Shown piece by piece: positions 8,013 to 16,522 of a stretch of 64,000 nucleotides of DNA (positions within the stretch are counted from its first letter, which is position 1; the number at the start of each line of letters is the position of its first letter). This stretch comes from a virus (Duplodnaviria > Caudoviricetes), in the IMG/VR virus record IMGVR_UViG_3300031414_000005. One strand, written 5' to 3'. A program made the position numbers and the translations under genes. Under the pieces are notes generated by a model, which did not search any database, was not told the DNA's origin, and saw nothing but the letters and a program-made list of their open reading frames with translations.

Positions 8013-8510
8013 ATGAGAAACATTTTACAGCGATTCAAACTTTGCAAACTTAATGGGGTTAAAGTTGTGAACAAGTCTTCTATGTTTACAACCATTGACG
8101 TAAAACTTAATATCCCTCATCGTCGCAGTCAACGTGTGGCGGTGAAAGTCAACATGGAAATTGAAGAGTGCCGTAACTGGTGGAACCCCCATGCGTTCTA
8201 CCGGGTGAATGTTAACACCACGCTCAACAATACCAGCAAGAAAATCCTGGCGCGTTACCCGTCGCTGCGAACCTTCCGTTCGTTCGACATCCAGGAACAA
8301 CATGTGCTGGGTCAGCGGATGAATGAGCATGAGATCCATGTTCTTGCCGATAAAATGGCAGCACGCTTTGTTTCCCATCTGGAGCGTCTGATGTTCAACA
8401 AAGCGGCACTTCCTTACGGTGACGGTACCGGACGGATTGATGGCTGTACGGCGGCGGGTGAACTACCACTGCCAAAACGTGTTACAGTCGCTGCGGCTCA
8501 CGCGGCATAA
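8013..8510 (+). CDS. Basic hypothetical protein
   Basis: 165 aa; AAGG RBS; ends at a terminator. Confidence 0.65.
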   Translation: MRNILQRFKLCKLNGVKVVNKSSMFTTIDVKLNIPHRRSQRVAVKVNMEIEECRNWWNPHAFYRVNVNTTLNNTSKKILARYPSLRTFRSFDIQEQHVLGQRMNEHEIHVLADKMAARFVSHLERLMFNKAALPYGDGTGRIDGCTAAGELPLPKRVTVAAAHAA

Positions 8511-8514
8511 TCCT

Positions 8515-8557
8515 GAGGCTCCCGCAAGGGGGCCTCTTTGAGGCAGTGTTTTTTTTT
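8515..8557 (+). terminator. Intrinsic terminator (+ strand)
   Basis: GAGGCTCCC-GCAA-GGGGGCCTC, then TTT and a distal T9. Confidence 0.75.
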
Positions 8558-8561
8558 GCTT

Positions 8562-8587
8562 AAAAGAGGAGGCCCAAAGGCCCCCTC
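8562..8587 (-). terminator. Intrinsic terminator (- strand) of the RNAP operon
   Basis: On the - strand GAGGGGGCC-TTTG-GGCCTCCTC + TTTT, directly after the 8592 stop. Confidence 0.75.
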
Positions 8588-8591
8588 AGGA

Positions 8592-9890
8592 TTAATAGAA
8601 CACGCTGTCCAGTTTGTACTCCCGCACCTTCAGGGATGACACGTGCATTTTCTTCATGCGCAGCAGCATCCACTTGGTTCCCATTTTCACTACCCCGGCT
8701 GACATCCCCACCTTGTTCTGGGCGTTGTGCGCACCGGCACAATACTGACAGATATCGGTGAAACCGTGGTTGCAAAAGTCAGGACTGCGAATCATTACCC
8801 GCTGCCCAATCAAGCTGGCTTTGTTGTCAGACGTGATGAGGTGAGTCTGTTTCTTGGCGTCGAAGTAATAGCTGCTGATGAACCGGTCGATGTTGTCGTC
8901 GGTCAGGGTTTCCCAGAAGCCTACTTCGGTACCGCAGTCTTCGTCCAGGATCTGTACGTTCTGGGTGATACGGATCAACTCTTTTACAGCAGCCCCGCCT
9001 TCCGCTGTTGACTTACCACGGTCATAAGAACCATCGATCGCGGAGTTGGCCAGCGGTGGCAAGTCTTTGGGGTCCCACCCTTCCAGCAGGGAGTTCTTGA
9101 CCACCCGGCCTTCACCGGCACTGTTGAAGTCGGGTTCCAGGCCAAAGGAGATAAACATCTTCTTACGGGCAGTTGAGAAGAATTTCTCAGAGATAAAGAA
9201 GTCTTCGGCCACATCCCCTTTGAAGTCGGCTTTGTCCATCGCCACCAATTCATCCTGGATCTTGGCCATGGTCACCGGGTCGTTGAGCTGCTCTTTGTGT
9301 TCCTCAAACAACTCGTCGCGGCGTTTGATGATCGCCGGGTTGATCGTCAACGCTTTACGTGATGTCGTGGGTACACAGAGCGCCGTTAAGCCACCCAGGA
9401 AGTACCCGTTCTTCACTGACTGCAACATCTCAGTGGGTGTAAAGAAACCTTTCTCCGTGCGTCTGGCGTCGTCATCCGTGGGCAGACATCCTTTCTTGTA
9501 TACTCCTTTCAGTAACCCACCGCTGAAGGTCTGGTTGTAAAACCCAATCCGACCTTTAAACGGATCAATGAAGGACAGGTAGTTCCAGATCACAATCCCG
9601 ACATGGGTGTCAATCGGGCTGAGTACCGTGATAACGTCATCCGGGGTAACATGGATCGGGTCTTTGAATCGGAGTAATGGCTGGTCGGTGGACGTACCCT
9701 CAGCCACACGTACCGCCAACCCGTCTTCCAGGTAAAAGAACCCGTCCTTATCTTTGCGCAACAGATAGGGAATGTCCTCAGTGACGCCGGTGCTTTCAGA
9801 GATCGAGAACACCGAGATAAACCACTCTTTGCGGGTGTATGCTTCCGCTTTCATGGCTTTCAGGAAATACTGCTGTGCTGTTAACATCAC
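8592..9890 (-). CDS. rpoC: Virion RNA polymerase beta-prime subunit, C-terminal part (phiKZ gp80-like)
   Basis: Bridge-helix-like SYDRGKSTAEGG; beta-prime Zn-site motifs DCGT, RSPDFC and CQYCAG; size and position match the split vRNAP subunit. Confidence 0.85.
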   Translation of the reverse strand: MMLTAQQYFLKAMKAEAYTRKEWFISVFSISESTGVTEDIPYLLRKDKDGFFYLEDGLAVRVAEGTSTDQPLLRFKDPIHVTPDDVITVLSPIDTHVGIVIWNYLSFIDPFKGRIGFYNQTFSGGLLKGVYKKGCLPTDDDARRTEKGFFTPTEMLQSVKNGYFLGGLTALCVPTTSRKALTINPAIIKRRDELFEEHKEQLNDPVTMAKIQDELVAMDKADFKGDVAEDFFISEKFFSTARKKMFISFGLEPDFNSAGEGRVVKNSLLEGWDPKDLPPLANSAIDGSYDRGKSTAEGGAAVKELIRITQNVQILDEDCGTEVGFWETLTDDNIDRFISSYYFDAKKQTHLITSDNKASLIGQRVMIRSPDFCNHGFTDICQYCAGAHNAQNKVGMSAGVVKMGTKWMLLRMKKMHVSSLKVREYKLDSVFY

Positions 9891-10726
9891 ACGACCTCGA
9901 ATTTAATGTGCTCAACATGGCCGAGCAGATGACGTTGATCGGCCAGCTCCTGATACTGCTCATCGATCAGACCGATCAGGGTGGGGGTCACTTTGTCATT
10001 GGGGATATTGGAAATCAACACCAATCCTTTCATGCTCTCGTACCACAGGTTTTGGTCCTCCTCAGCCTGTTTACGCAGTTCTACCTGGTTGACCTTTAAC
10101 AGCGATTCCAGATCCACCCCGAGTTCACCCTGGGCCATCAGGTAACGCATCCCAAGCGATGTTTCCATGTTGGGTTCCAGGTTTAGCCGTAACCGACTCA
10201 CGATATACTGGTTCAGCGCCGCCGGCTCTTCCGGGGTAAACAAACCCTGCTGAATACCGGACAGGAACAACGGATTCACCCAGTTGATTTTATCAATCAG
10301 GTCATCGTGTTGTTTGCAGGTAATGACATCGACCAACGCCACCACTTTCTCAGCATCCGTGAGTTCGTCATCACTGAAGATCGCGGCTAAGTCACCCGGG
10401 TCTTCCACCCCGACTGTCATGAGCATGGTGTTCAGGACATCGTTCAGTGTTGACAGATCAGCAATGGTCACTTCGTTCTTGTCTAGGATCACGCCGGCTT
10501 GGGTGATGTAACTACACAGGTATTCCAGGTACAAGTTATTCAGGTCATTGAGGAACGCCTGGGTGTTTCCTTCTTCTGTCATTGACACCAGGGCGTTGAT
10601 ATCGGAAACGAAATTACTGTCGGGATCAACCAGTAAAATGTTGTCGCCAATCTCCATGTAAAGCTGTCTCAGCTCTTCCTGGATAAAACCCTGTAGGTAG
10701 GTATATAAAAATGATAACGTCTCCAT
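9887..10726 (-). CDS. Conserved acidic protein, probable virion protein (gp79-like position)
   Basis: 279 aa; GAGG RBS; 4-nt overlap with the RNAP gene. Confidence 0.65.
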   Translation of the reverse strand: METLSFLYTYLQGFIQEELRQLYMEIGDNILLVDPDSNFVSDINALVSMTEEGNTQAFLNDLNNLYLEYLCSYITQAGVILDKNEVTIADLSTLNDVLNTMLMTVGVEDPGDLAAIFSDDELTDAEKVVALVDVITCKQHDDLIDKINWVNPLFLSGIQQGLFTPEEPAALNQYIVSRLRLNLEPNMETSLGMRYLMAQGELGVDLESLLKVNQVELRKQAEEDQNLWYESMKGLVLISNIPNDKVTPTLIGLIDEQYQELADQRHLLGHVEHIKFEVV

Positions 10727-10816
10727 AGAGGCCTCTGTTCCTGTTTTTTACGACATATGTGTATTAACTATATGAGATGATAATTAGTTACGATTTATAT
10801 TTGAAGGATTCCCACC

Positions 10817-11242
10817 ATGCCTGCCAATGCCAAAACCCGAAAGAAAAAACCGGCGACGCCTGTGCGCCATGAAATCCCGCGCACTGAATGTTGGGAATAC
10901 CTCGACGACCAGCGTGACACCCTTTTACAAACCGTGGTCAGCTACCGTGAACTGTTGCGGACCGCGATCAGTAAGCAAGTGCAAGAGCACCTGCCGGAAG
11001 CAGACCGCGCTGAAAGCATGCGTTTGATCGGCGAAGCAGTGCCGCGACTGGAGGCGGTTGTCAACACGACAAATCATCTCTACTCACAACATCAGGGTAA
11101 AACCGGTGATGCGCTGCGCACCAGCCAGATCGAATTCCTTCAGTTCAGCGAAAACTACATGGTGGTGAACCATGAAGTGATCGACATCAACATCGAACTT
11201 ATTGGTCCATTAAAAGAGATCATGGATCGCAGTTTCCAATAG
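10817..11242 (+). CDS. Hypothetical protein with basic N-terminus
   Basis: AAGGA RBS; 141 aa; divergent from 10726 across an AT-rich spacer. Confidence 0.7.
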   Translation: MPANAKTRKKKPATPVRHEIPRTECWEYLDDQRDTLLQTVVSYRELLRTAISKQVQEHLPEADRAESMRLIGEAVPRLEAVVNTTNHLYSQHQGKTGDALRTSQIEFLQFSENYMVVNHEVIDINIELIGPLKEIMDRSFQ

Positions 11243-11252
11243 GAGTCCAGTA

Positions 11253-12962
11253 ATGGATAAGAAGCAAGACTTACCTTCCAATGACCTGACCCAAGGTTTA
11301 GATGTTCCGCAGACGGCCGACGACGATTCCAACTGGGGGGCAGAACCCATTGAGAGTCAGACCCCGACCGTCACCGAACCTATCCCCGCTGAAGTCGCGA
11401 AACCACCGGCAGCGAAAACACCCGACGCTGACGAAGGGGACGGTGAGGACGATCAACCCAGCATCGAGATCACTCTGCTGGAAAACCTCAGCGATGAATC
11501 AAAGAATGTCCAAGTTTTCCTGGACACAAAATTTGATAAAAGCTGGCAGGATTTTGTCTGGATGCTGGCCCCGTATAAGCAGGATGACATTGTCGCCTTG
11601 CTGGGTCGCCTGAATCCTGAGGTGGAAACCTACGACGAAGCTTTCTTCAACAAGATCTTCGCGAACCGCACCCAGGAAGAGATCACCAACTTCTTCTTGA
11701 ACATGGCGCAGGCAATCAATTTCGTGTATCCGGGTAAAGGCCTGGAGGGCCTGGTTGCTGATCCTGAGGCGGCCTTCGCCAACGGGGTGGTATATAAAGG
11801 CAAGATAAAAGAACCGTCTGCTGCCGGTACCCTGTTTGACGAAACGAAAGACGAGAACAAACCGGGGGCGTATCTGTCTGCCCTGGCGGCGGTGGCGCGT
11901 TATCGTCAGCTGACCGAGAAAGGTGAGTTTCAGGATATCTGGCTTCCCCTGACCGGTTGTCAAATCCGTATGTCCATTGCAGGTGATGACGAACACATCA
12001 CGCTGAACGAAACGATCTCCAAAGAGATTGCCACGATCGGCCGTCGTACCACCGGTGCGGTGTTCTCGAACACCAATATCCTGGTTGAACGTGCGTGTGT
12101 GGATTTCATCCTGAGCCGGGTTACCCGTACGTCGCTGTCGTGCGGGCCGAATAAAGATAAGCTCAAAGAGCTGATCGCGGCACCGGACATTGACTTCTTG
12201 CTGACCAAGTACGCGGCTGGCCGGTTCTCGCGCGGTTACCCACTGCGGGTGATCTGTAACGCCAGTGATGCTTGCCATCATGAAGAAGAGCACGCGGTTG
12301 ACCTGAACAAGTTCATCTGGGTGGCTAACGGTCGCTTAACGGAAACACAGCGTGCCATGGCGTTCCGTAAACCGTCAGAGATCAAAGATGGCGATGTGAC
12401 GTACTACCAGAAAGAACACCGCTGGCACCAGTACAAACAAGTCACACTGTCCACGGGCTTGATCATCCACCTCAAAGTTCCAACCTATACCGAGAAAGAA
12501 AAAGGCGGTATCGAGTGGATCGAGAAGCTGGAGAACATGGCCCAGATGGCGCTGGACAACAGCTACAATGCCAAACAGCGTGAAGACTTCATCAAACGCC
12601 AGGCCGCTGCCACGTCACTGTATCAGTACCTGCCGTGGATCGAGAAGCTGGAAATCCCATCCGGTGCCGAAGGTTCAGAAGGCTATTACGTGGAAGGCGA
12701 TGCGATGCGTCAGACCCTGGTGGAGCTTAACCAGGAACCCGTGGAACGTAATGAACTGTTTGACAAAATCAACGAGTTCATCAACAACGCCCTGGTGGGG
12801 GTCATCGGTTATCCACGTTGGGCCTGTGGCGAGTGCAAAGGTTTGCAGCCTGAGCGCAGTGAAGTGATCCCGGCGATTTGGCCGATCAATGCGCTTCACA
12901 CTTTTTTTACCCTGATTACCAATGGGATCCGAAGGAATCTGCGGGACGCCGACATCTACTGA
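11253..12962 (+). CDS. Putative baseplate hub/tail assembly protein (T4 gp26-like), Zn-binding
   Basis: AGGAG RBS; 569 aa; acidic disordered N-terminus; Cys clusters CNASDAC and CGEC; the functional call is inference. Confidence 0.55.
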   Translation: MDKKQDLPSNDLTQGLDVPQTADDDSNWGAEPIESQTPTVTEPIPAEVAKPPAAKTPDADEGDGEDDQPSIEITLLENLSDESKNVQVFLDTKFDKSWQDFVWMLAPYKQDDIVALLGRLNPEVETYDEAFFNKIFANRTQEEITNFFLNMAQAINFVYPGKGLEGLVADPEAAFANGVVYKGKIKEPSAAGTLFDETKDENKPGAYLSALAAVARYRQLTEKGEFQDIWLPLTGCQIRMSIAGDDEHITLNETISKEIATIGRRTTGAVFSNTNILVERACVDFILSRVTRTSLSCGPNKDKLKELIAAPDIDFLLTKYAAGRFSRGYPLRVICNASDACHHEEEHAVDLNKFIWVANGRLTETQRAMAFRKPSEIKDGDVTYYQKEHRWHQYKQVTLSTGLIIHLKVPTYTEKEKGGIEWIEKLENMAQMALDNSYNAKQREDFIKRQAAATSLYQYLPWIEKLEIPSGAEGSEGYYVEGDAMRQTLVELNQEPVERNELFDKINEFINNALVGVIGYPRWACGECKGLQPERSEVIPAIWPINALHTFFTLITNGIRRNLRDADIY

Positions 12963-13405
12963 CCCCGGGCTTCGGGACGGTAGCAGAAGACGTTAACCGC
13001 AATGCGTGGGACCGCACGCTGAACAAACGGCGTGTGTTCCATGATCCACGGGATGCGGGTGTGATCATGAGCGAGTTGTACGACGAGCTGTATCGGTTCG
13101 TCGACTATGACAGTGAAGATGCCCACATTCTGTCGTCTGTTGGTTACAACCCCGCAGAGCACACACCCAATGGATTGGGGTACAGTGACCTGGCTGCGCT
13201 TTGGGCAGAAAAGGGGATTCACAACTATGGTATCCAGTGGGAAACCTGGATCGCCATGACACCGGGTCGTCGTGCAGAGTTCATGGACGGCATCAACCGC
13301 GGGGTGCGTAACTCAGCAGCGTCACAGGCTGCTGCTAAAGCTGCCGAGGATTTACGTCGTCAGGAAGAAGCGTTACGTCGCGCCGCAGAGCAAGGTGGTA
13401 AGTGA
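12878..13405 (+). CDS. Putative tail/baseplate chaperone second ORF (T4 gp51-like); reached by -1 frameshift or from ATG 13067
   Basis: The -1 frame opens at 12863, shortly before the T7 run at 12902-12908; motif YGIQWETWIAMTPGRRAEF; C-terminal coiled coil; no strong RBS at TTG 12878. Confidence 0.55.
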   Translation: MADQCASHFFYPDYQWDPKESAGRRHLLTPGFGTVAEDVNRNAWDRTLNKRRVFHDPRDAGVIMSELYDELYRFVDYDSEDAHILSSVGYNPAEHTPNGLGYSDLAALWAEKGIHNYGIQWETWIAMTPGRRAEFMDGINRGVRNSAASQAAAKAAEDLRRQEEALRRAAEQGGK

Positions 13406-13413
13406 TCAGATTG

Positions 13414-13431
13414 GGAGGGTTTCGGCCCTCC
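13414..13431 (+). terminator. Hairpin/weak terminator
   Basis: GGAGGGT-TTCG-GCCCTCC followed by TAATTTT. Confidence 0.55.
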
Positions 13432-13473
13432 TAATTTTATGCTCTCTTACACATCTTCTAATGGATACCTCTC

Positions 13474-13677
13474 ATGTCAGATAAACAACCCACTGTAATT
13501 TATGGCGGGAAACTGCCTCACTATTTGGCCCGTCCCGTTGAAGTGAACGGGGTGCGTTATGACGACGTCGTGGGAGCGTCGATTGCCATGGGGTCGACGA
13601 TTAAGCAGACCCTTAGCGATTTGTATTCCCATGCTATACCAGGCGTGCATTTTATTCAGAGTACGTCACCGCAGTAA
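13474..13677 (+). CDS. Small protein with NUMOD1-like DNA-binding motif
   Basis: 67 aa; PVEVNGVRYDDVVGASIAMG resembles the V.G..Y.S...A...LG motif; GGAT RBS. Confidence 0.45.
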   Translation: MSDKQPTVIYGGKLPHYLARPVEVNGVRYDDVVGASIAMGSTIKQTLSDLYSHAIPGVHFIQSTSPQ

Positions 13678-13681
13678 CTTT

Positions 13682-13797
13682 GGCTGTGTTTGCAGCCGGA
13701 TAACTCTTCAGGCCACACACAGGAACCAGTTTGATGCATCCGCATCAAAAGAGGTGATCAATACCACCTCGCACCCATAACCTGTAAGAGGATATCC
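13682..13797 (+). ncRNA. Candidate structured cis-regulatory RNA leader
   Basis: Closing stem 13698-13712/13781-13797 encloses hairpins 13730-13749 and 13751-13770; an extra hairpin at 13682-13697; the stem pairs the AAGAG part of the RBS. Confidence 0.5.
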
Positions 13798-13799
13798 TT

Positions 13800-14360
13800 A
13801 TGAGTCAGAAGAACGTGTTGAACGAAAACAAAGAGCCAGCTTCAGCTGATCCGGAAAAAACTCAGAACGAAACACCGCCTGAGTTCCGTGGTAAATCCGA
13901 AGCAGACCGCCGTGAGAGCGATCTGCATTCTGATTCCATCAGCGAAGAGCAAGCTCGTCAGCTGAATGCTTCTGCTACTGGCGCCGCAGCTCCAGCTGCT
14001 TCAGGTGCCGGCCGTCCAGACATCACCAACGTGACCCCGGATACCTCCGGTTCGATCGACCGTGGTGCCCTGAACGCCGATGCCGCAGGTGTGCCGTGTG
14101 ACGCCTCTCAGGACAACCGTACTGATGAGGAAAAACGCCGTGACATCAATCAGGAAAACTACGAAGGCCGCAATGCCGACGTCCACCCTGATTCGCCCGT
14201 GCAGCCCGGTAGCCGTGACCGCATCGACGAAGCCCAGCGTGACGCTGAACACCCGGATCACTCCGATGAACAGCAACGTGCTGCGCAGACCCAGCAGACT
14301 GACGAACCGGCTCAGTCCGAAAACGCTCAGAACCATAACGAGCAGAACAAAGACCAATAA
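13800..14360 (+). CDS. Highly hydrophilic, intrinsically disordered protein
   Basis: 186 aa rich in D/E/Q/N/A/P, very few hydrophobic residues; high-expression codon bias. Confidence 0.75.
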   Translation: MSQKNVLNENKEPASADPEKTQNETPPEFRGKSEADRRESDLHSDSISEEQARQLNASATGAAAPAASGAGRPDITNVTPDTSGSIDRGALNADAAGVPCDASQDNRTDEEKRRDINQENYEGRNADVHPDSPVQPGSRDRIDEAQRDAEHPDHSDEQQRAAQTQQTDEPAQSENAQNHNEQNKDQ

Positions 14361-14405
14361 TAGTGGTTTGGGCTAGGAGTGTCTGAACCCGTAACCCAAT
14401 GAGGA

Positions 14406-15260
14406 ATGATCATGGCTGATAAAGACGCATCCAAACAGTCTAACGACAATGGTGACGTAACTAAGCAGGAAAACGCGAGCGCTGGCGACGTACAGAAGTC
14501 AGTGAGCGATGGCAAAGAAACGTCATCAATCAACGTGGACCCGAACGCTGCGCTGGAAACGTCCAAGGACAATAAAACGGCTCAGTCTGCTTCCACGGCA
14601 GACCAGACGTCACCGGCTAAAGGTGGTAACACCAACGCCGGTACCGGGCAGGACTACGTCGCACCGGACTCCGATGACAAATCCAAAACCGCAGACGAGA
14701 AAAAGCGTGCTGCGTCTGGAGATGACACTCCGAATGCCGCTCCAGCGGATTCGGAAGAAGGTGGTGATGAAGAGCCCCCGACAGTGATTGAGCTGACCAA
14801 ACTGGTTGCGGATTCCTCTTCGGTTTCAGACACCCTGGTGAAAAGTTTCGAAGAGCGTCTGGATAAGTACATCACCGAGATGGCGCCGCGTAAACCGATT
14901 TCAATGGAAGATGCAGCGCGTAACCAGGTTTACCTGTGGGACACGTTGTCACTGATGTTGGATCTGTCACCGCAGGCGTTTGGCAAAGTGATGGACATGA
15001 CGTTGGCGAAAATCAAAGAGAACGCTAAGGGTGCCTTTGGCGCGACGTACATTCGTCGTGGCTTTGAGCGTATGGATGCTGCCTTAACCGGTAAACGTCG
15101 TCTGGCGTTTGATCTGTACCTCAACCTGCTGACTCAGTATGCCACGTTGGAAAACAAATCCCGTCTGAACAAGTTTGTTGACTTGCCTCGCACGGCAGAA
15201 GCGTTTTCTGATCCCAAGCATCAACAGCGTGTCCTGACGTACTTCGGTTCATTCCGCTAA
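14406..15260 (+). CDS. Protein with disordered acidic N-terminus and helical C-domain (probable virion-associated)
   Basis: GAGGA RBS; 284 aa; low-complexity first ~125 aa. Confidence 0.75.
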   Translation: MIMADKDASKQSNDNGDVTKQENASAGDVQKSVSDGKETSSINVDPNAALETSKDNKTAQSASTADQTSPAKGGNTNAGTGQDYVAPDSDDKSKTADEKKRAASGDDTPNAAPADSEEGGDEEPPTVIELTKLVADSSSVSDTLVKSFEERLDKYITEMAPRKPISMEDAARNQVYLWDTLSLMLDLSPQAFGKVMDMTLAKIKENAKGAFGATYIRRGFERMDAALTGKRRLAFDLYLNLLTQYATLENKSRLNKFVDLPRTAEAFSDPKHQQRVLTYFGSFR

Positions 15261-15263
15261 GCC

Positions 15264-15292
15264 AAAAAAAGGGAGAGGCGCAAGCCTCTCCC
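15264..15292. terminator. Bidirectional terminator, copy 1 of an identical 22-bp hairpin
   Basis: A7-GGGAGAGGC-GCAA-GCCTCTCCC between convergent genes. Confidence 0.85.
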
Positions 15293-15295
15293 TAT

Positions 15296-16513
15296 TCAGG
15301 CATTTATGTTGACTTGACGAGCATACTCCTCCAGACAACCGGCATCCTGCGCCAGTAGCTTGGCCACCCCATCGGTCAGTTGCCCAAAGATGTAGAGCAC
15401 ATTGCTCAACGCCTGGAACTTGACATTGATAATCGCCAGCTCGTCGTTGAACACCCGGAACGCCGCATCGTTAATTCGCCCAGTGTTGGCATCGGCACGG
15501 ATTTGGTTGTTCAGTGTGATGAACTTGCTTTGCAGCTTGTCAAAGCTCTTGCGCATCTCGGTCATGTCCTGCACCGCTGGGAACACGGCGGTGATGTCGG
15601 TCGTCAGCACCGTAGAGCGCCGCAACGCCCCCAGGAACTCACCGTCCGGCAAATGGGTTGGTGTACTGATCAATCCACTCACACCATCCTTTAATGCCCG
15701 CAAGACGTCGTTGGGGTCCTTCAGGAATTCAGCTTGGGTAAAGGTGACGTTTCGCCCGGCGGTGTTGATCCCCCGTGGCAAACTCTTCACCAGATCCCAG
15801 AACGCCGCAGAATCCTGAAGCGGATAAATCCGCAGGTTCCCGACCAACGCATTGTCCGTGTACGCCTGGAACAACGTGGTGTACTCGTAATGCAATTCGG
15901 CAATCACCCGTGGGAACGCCATTTTCACCGCGTTGCTGTCAAGGTTGTATTCCTTGGCATTGCCGGTCAGCAGGGCCAGGAAGAAATCCCCACCCCGTCG
16001 TGCTGCTTGAAACCGGGGAGATTTAAAGAACACGTCATTAATCCGCTGTTGTTTCTCCGCACTCATGGTTTCCGTGAGATTGGCGATTTGCCGTTCCAGG
16101 TTAACGACTTGCGTGCTCAGCGTGCGTTTGGACTGACGCAGTTCATTGATACGGTTGTCATAACCTTTGAACTTGGCCAGGATCCAACTCACCAGTTTAT
16201 AGAGAATACCAAGCACCCCTGTGATGATGGTGACCAACACCCCTGCCCGGGTTTTATCAATGGCTTCCAGTGCGTAGTTCACCCCCATTTGTGACGGGGC
16301 CGAAGGGAACATCGCCGGTTGCCAACTGAGGTCATTGAGGGTGGCCTCAATTGACTCCATGGTGCCGCGACTGACCCCATTCTTTTTGATAGCGTCAATA
16401 GACTCTAACGCAAACGTGTACTTGTCCCACAAGGCGGGTTCTGCCCTGGCCAGGAGTTCGTGTTCACGCAGGATAGACTCTAAAGACGCCACCGGTGTTA
16501 CCGTGGCGTCCAT
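15296..16513 (-). CDS. Head (inner body/ejection) protein with protease-processed N-terminus
   Basis: 405 aa; repeated SLE/ALE/TME/ALE sites followed by an amphipathic helix. Confidence 0.7.
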   Translation of the reverse strand: MDATVTPVASLESILREHELLARAEPALWDKYTFALESIDAIKKNGVSRGTMESIEATLNDLSWQPAMFPSAPSQMGVNYALEAIDKTRAGVLVTIITGVLGILYKLVSWILAKFKGYDNRINELRQSKRTLSTQVVNLERQIANLTETMSAEKQQRINDVFFKSPRFQAARRGGDFFLALLTGNAKEYNLDSNAVKMAFPRVIAELHYEYTTLFQAYTDNALVGNLRIYPLQDSAAFWDLVKSLPRGINTAGRNVTFTQAEFLKDPNDVLRALKDGVSGLISTPTHLPDGEFLGALRRSTVLTTDITAVFPAVQDMTEMRKSFDKLQSKFITLNNQIRADANTGRINDAAFRVFNDELAIINVKFQALSNVLYIFGQLTDGVAKLLAQDAGCLEEYARQVNINA

Positions 16514-16522
16514 AGGGGTTCC

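Noticed and set aside
13730-13770. Possible hammerhead ribozyme or tRNA-like fold in the structured leader
   Set aside because: No CUGAnGA/GAAA hammerhead core and no T-loop (TTCRA) or acceptor-stem pattern; kept only as a generic cis-regulatory candidate
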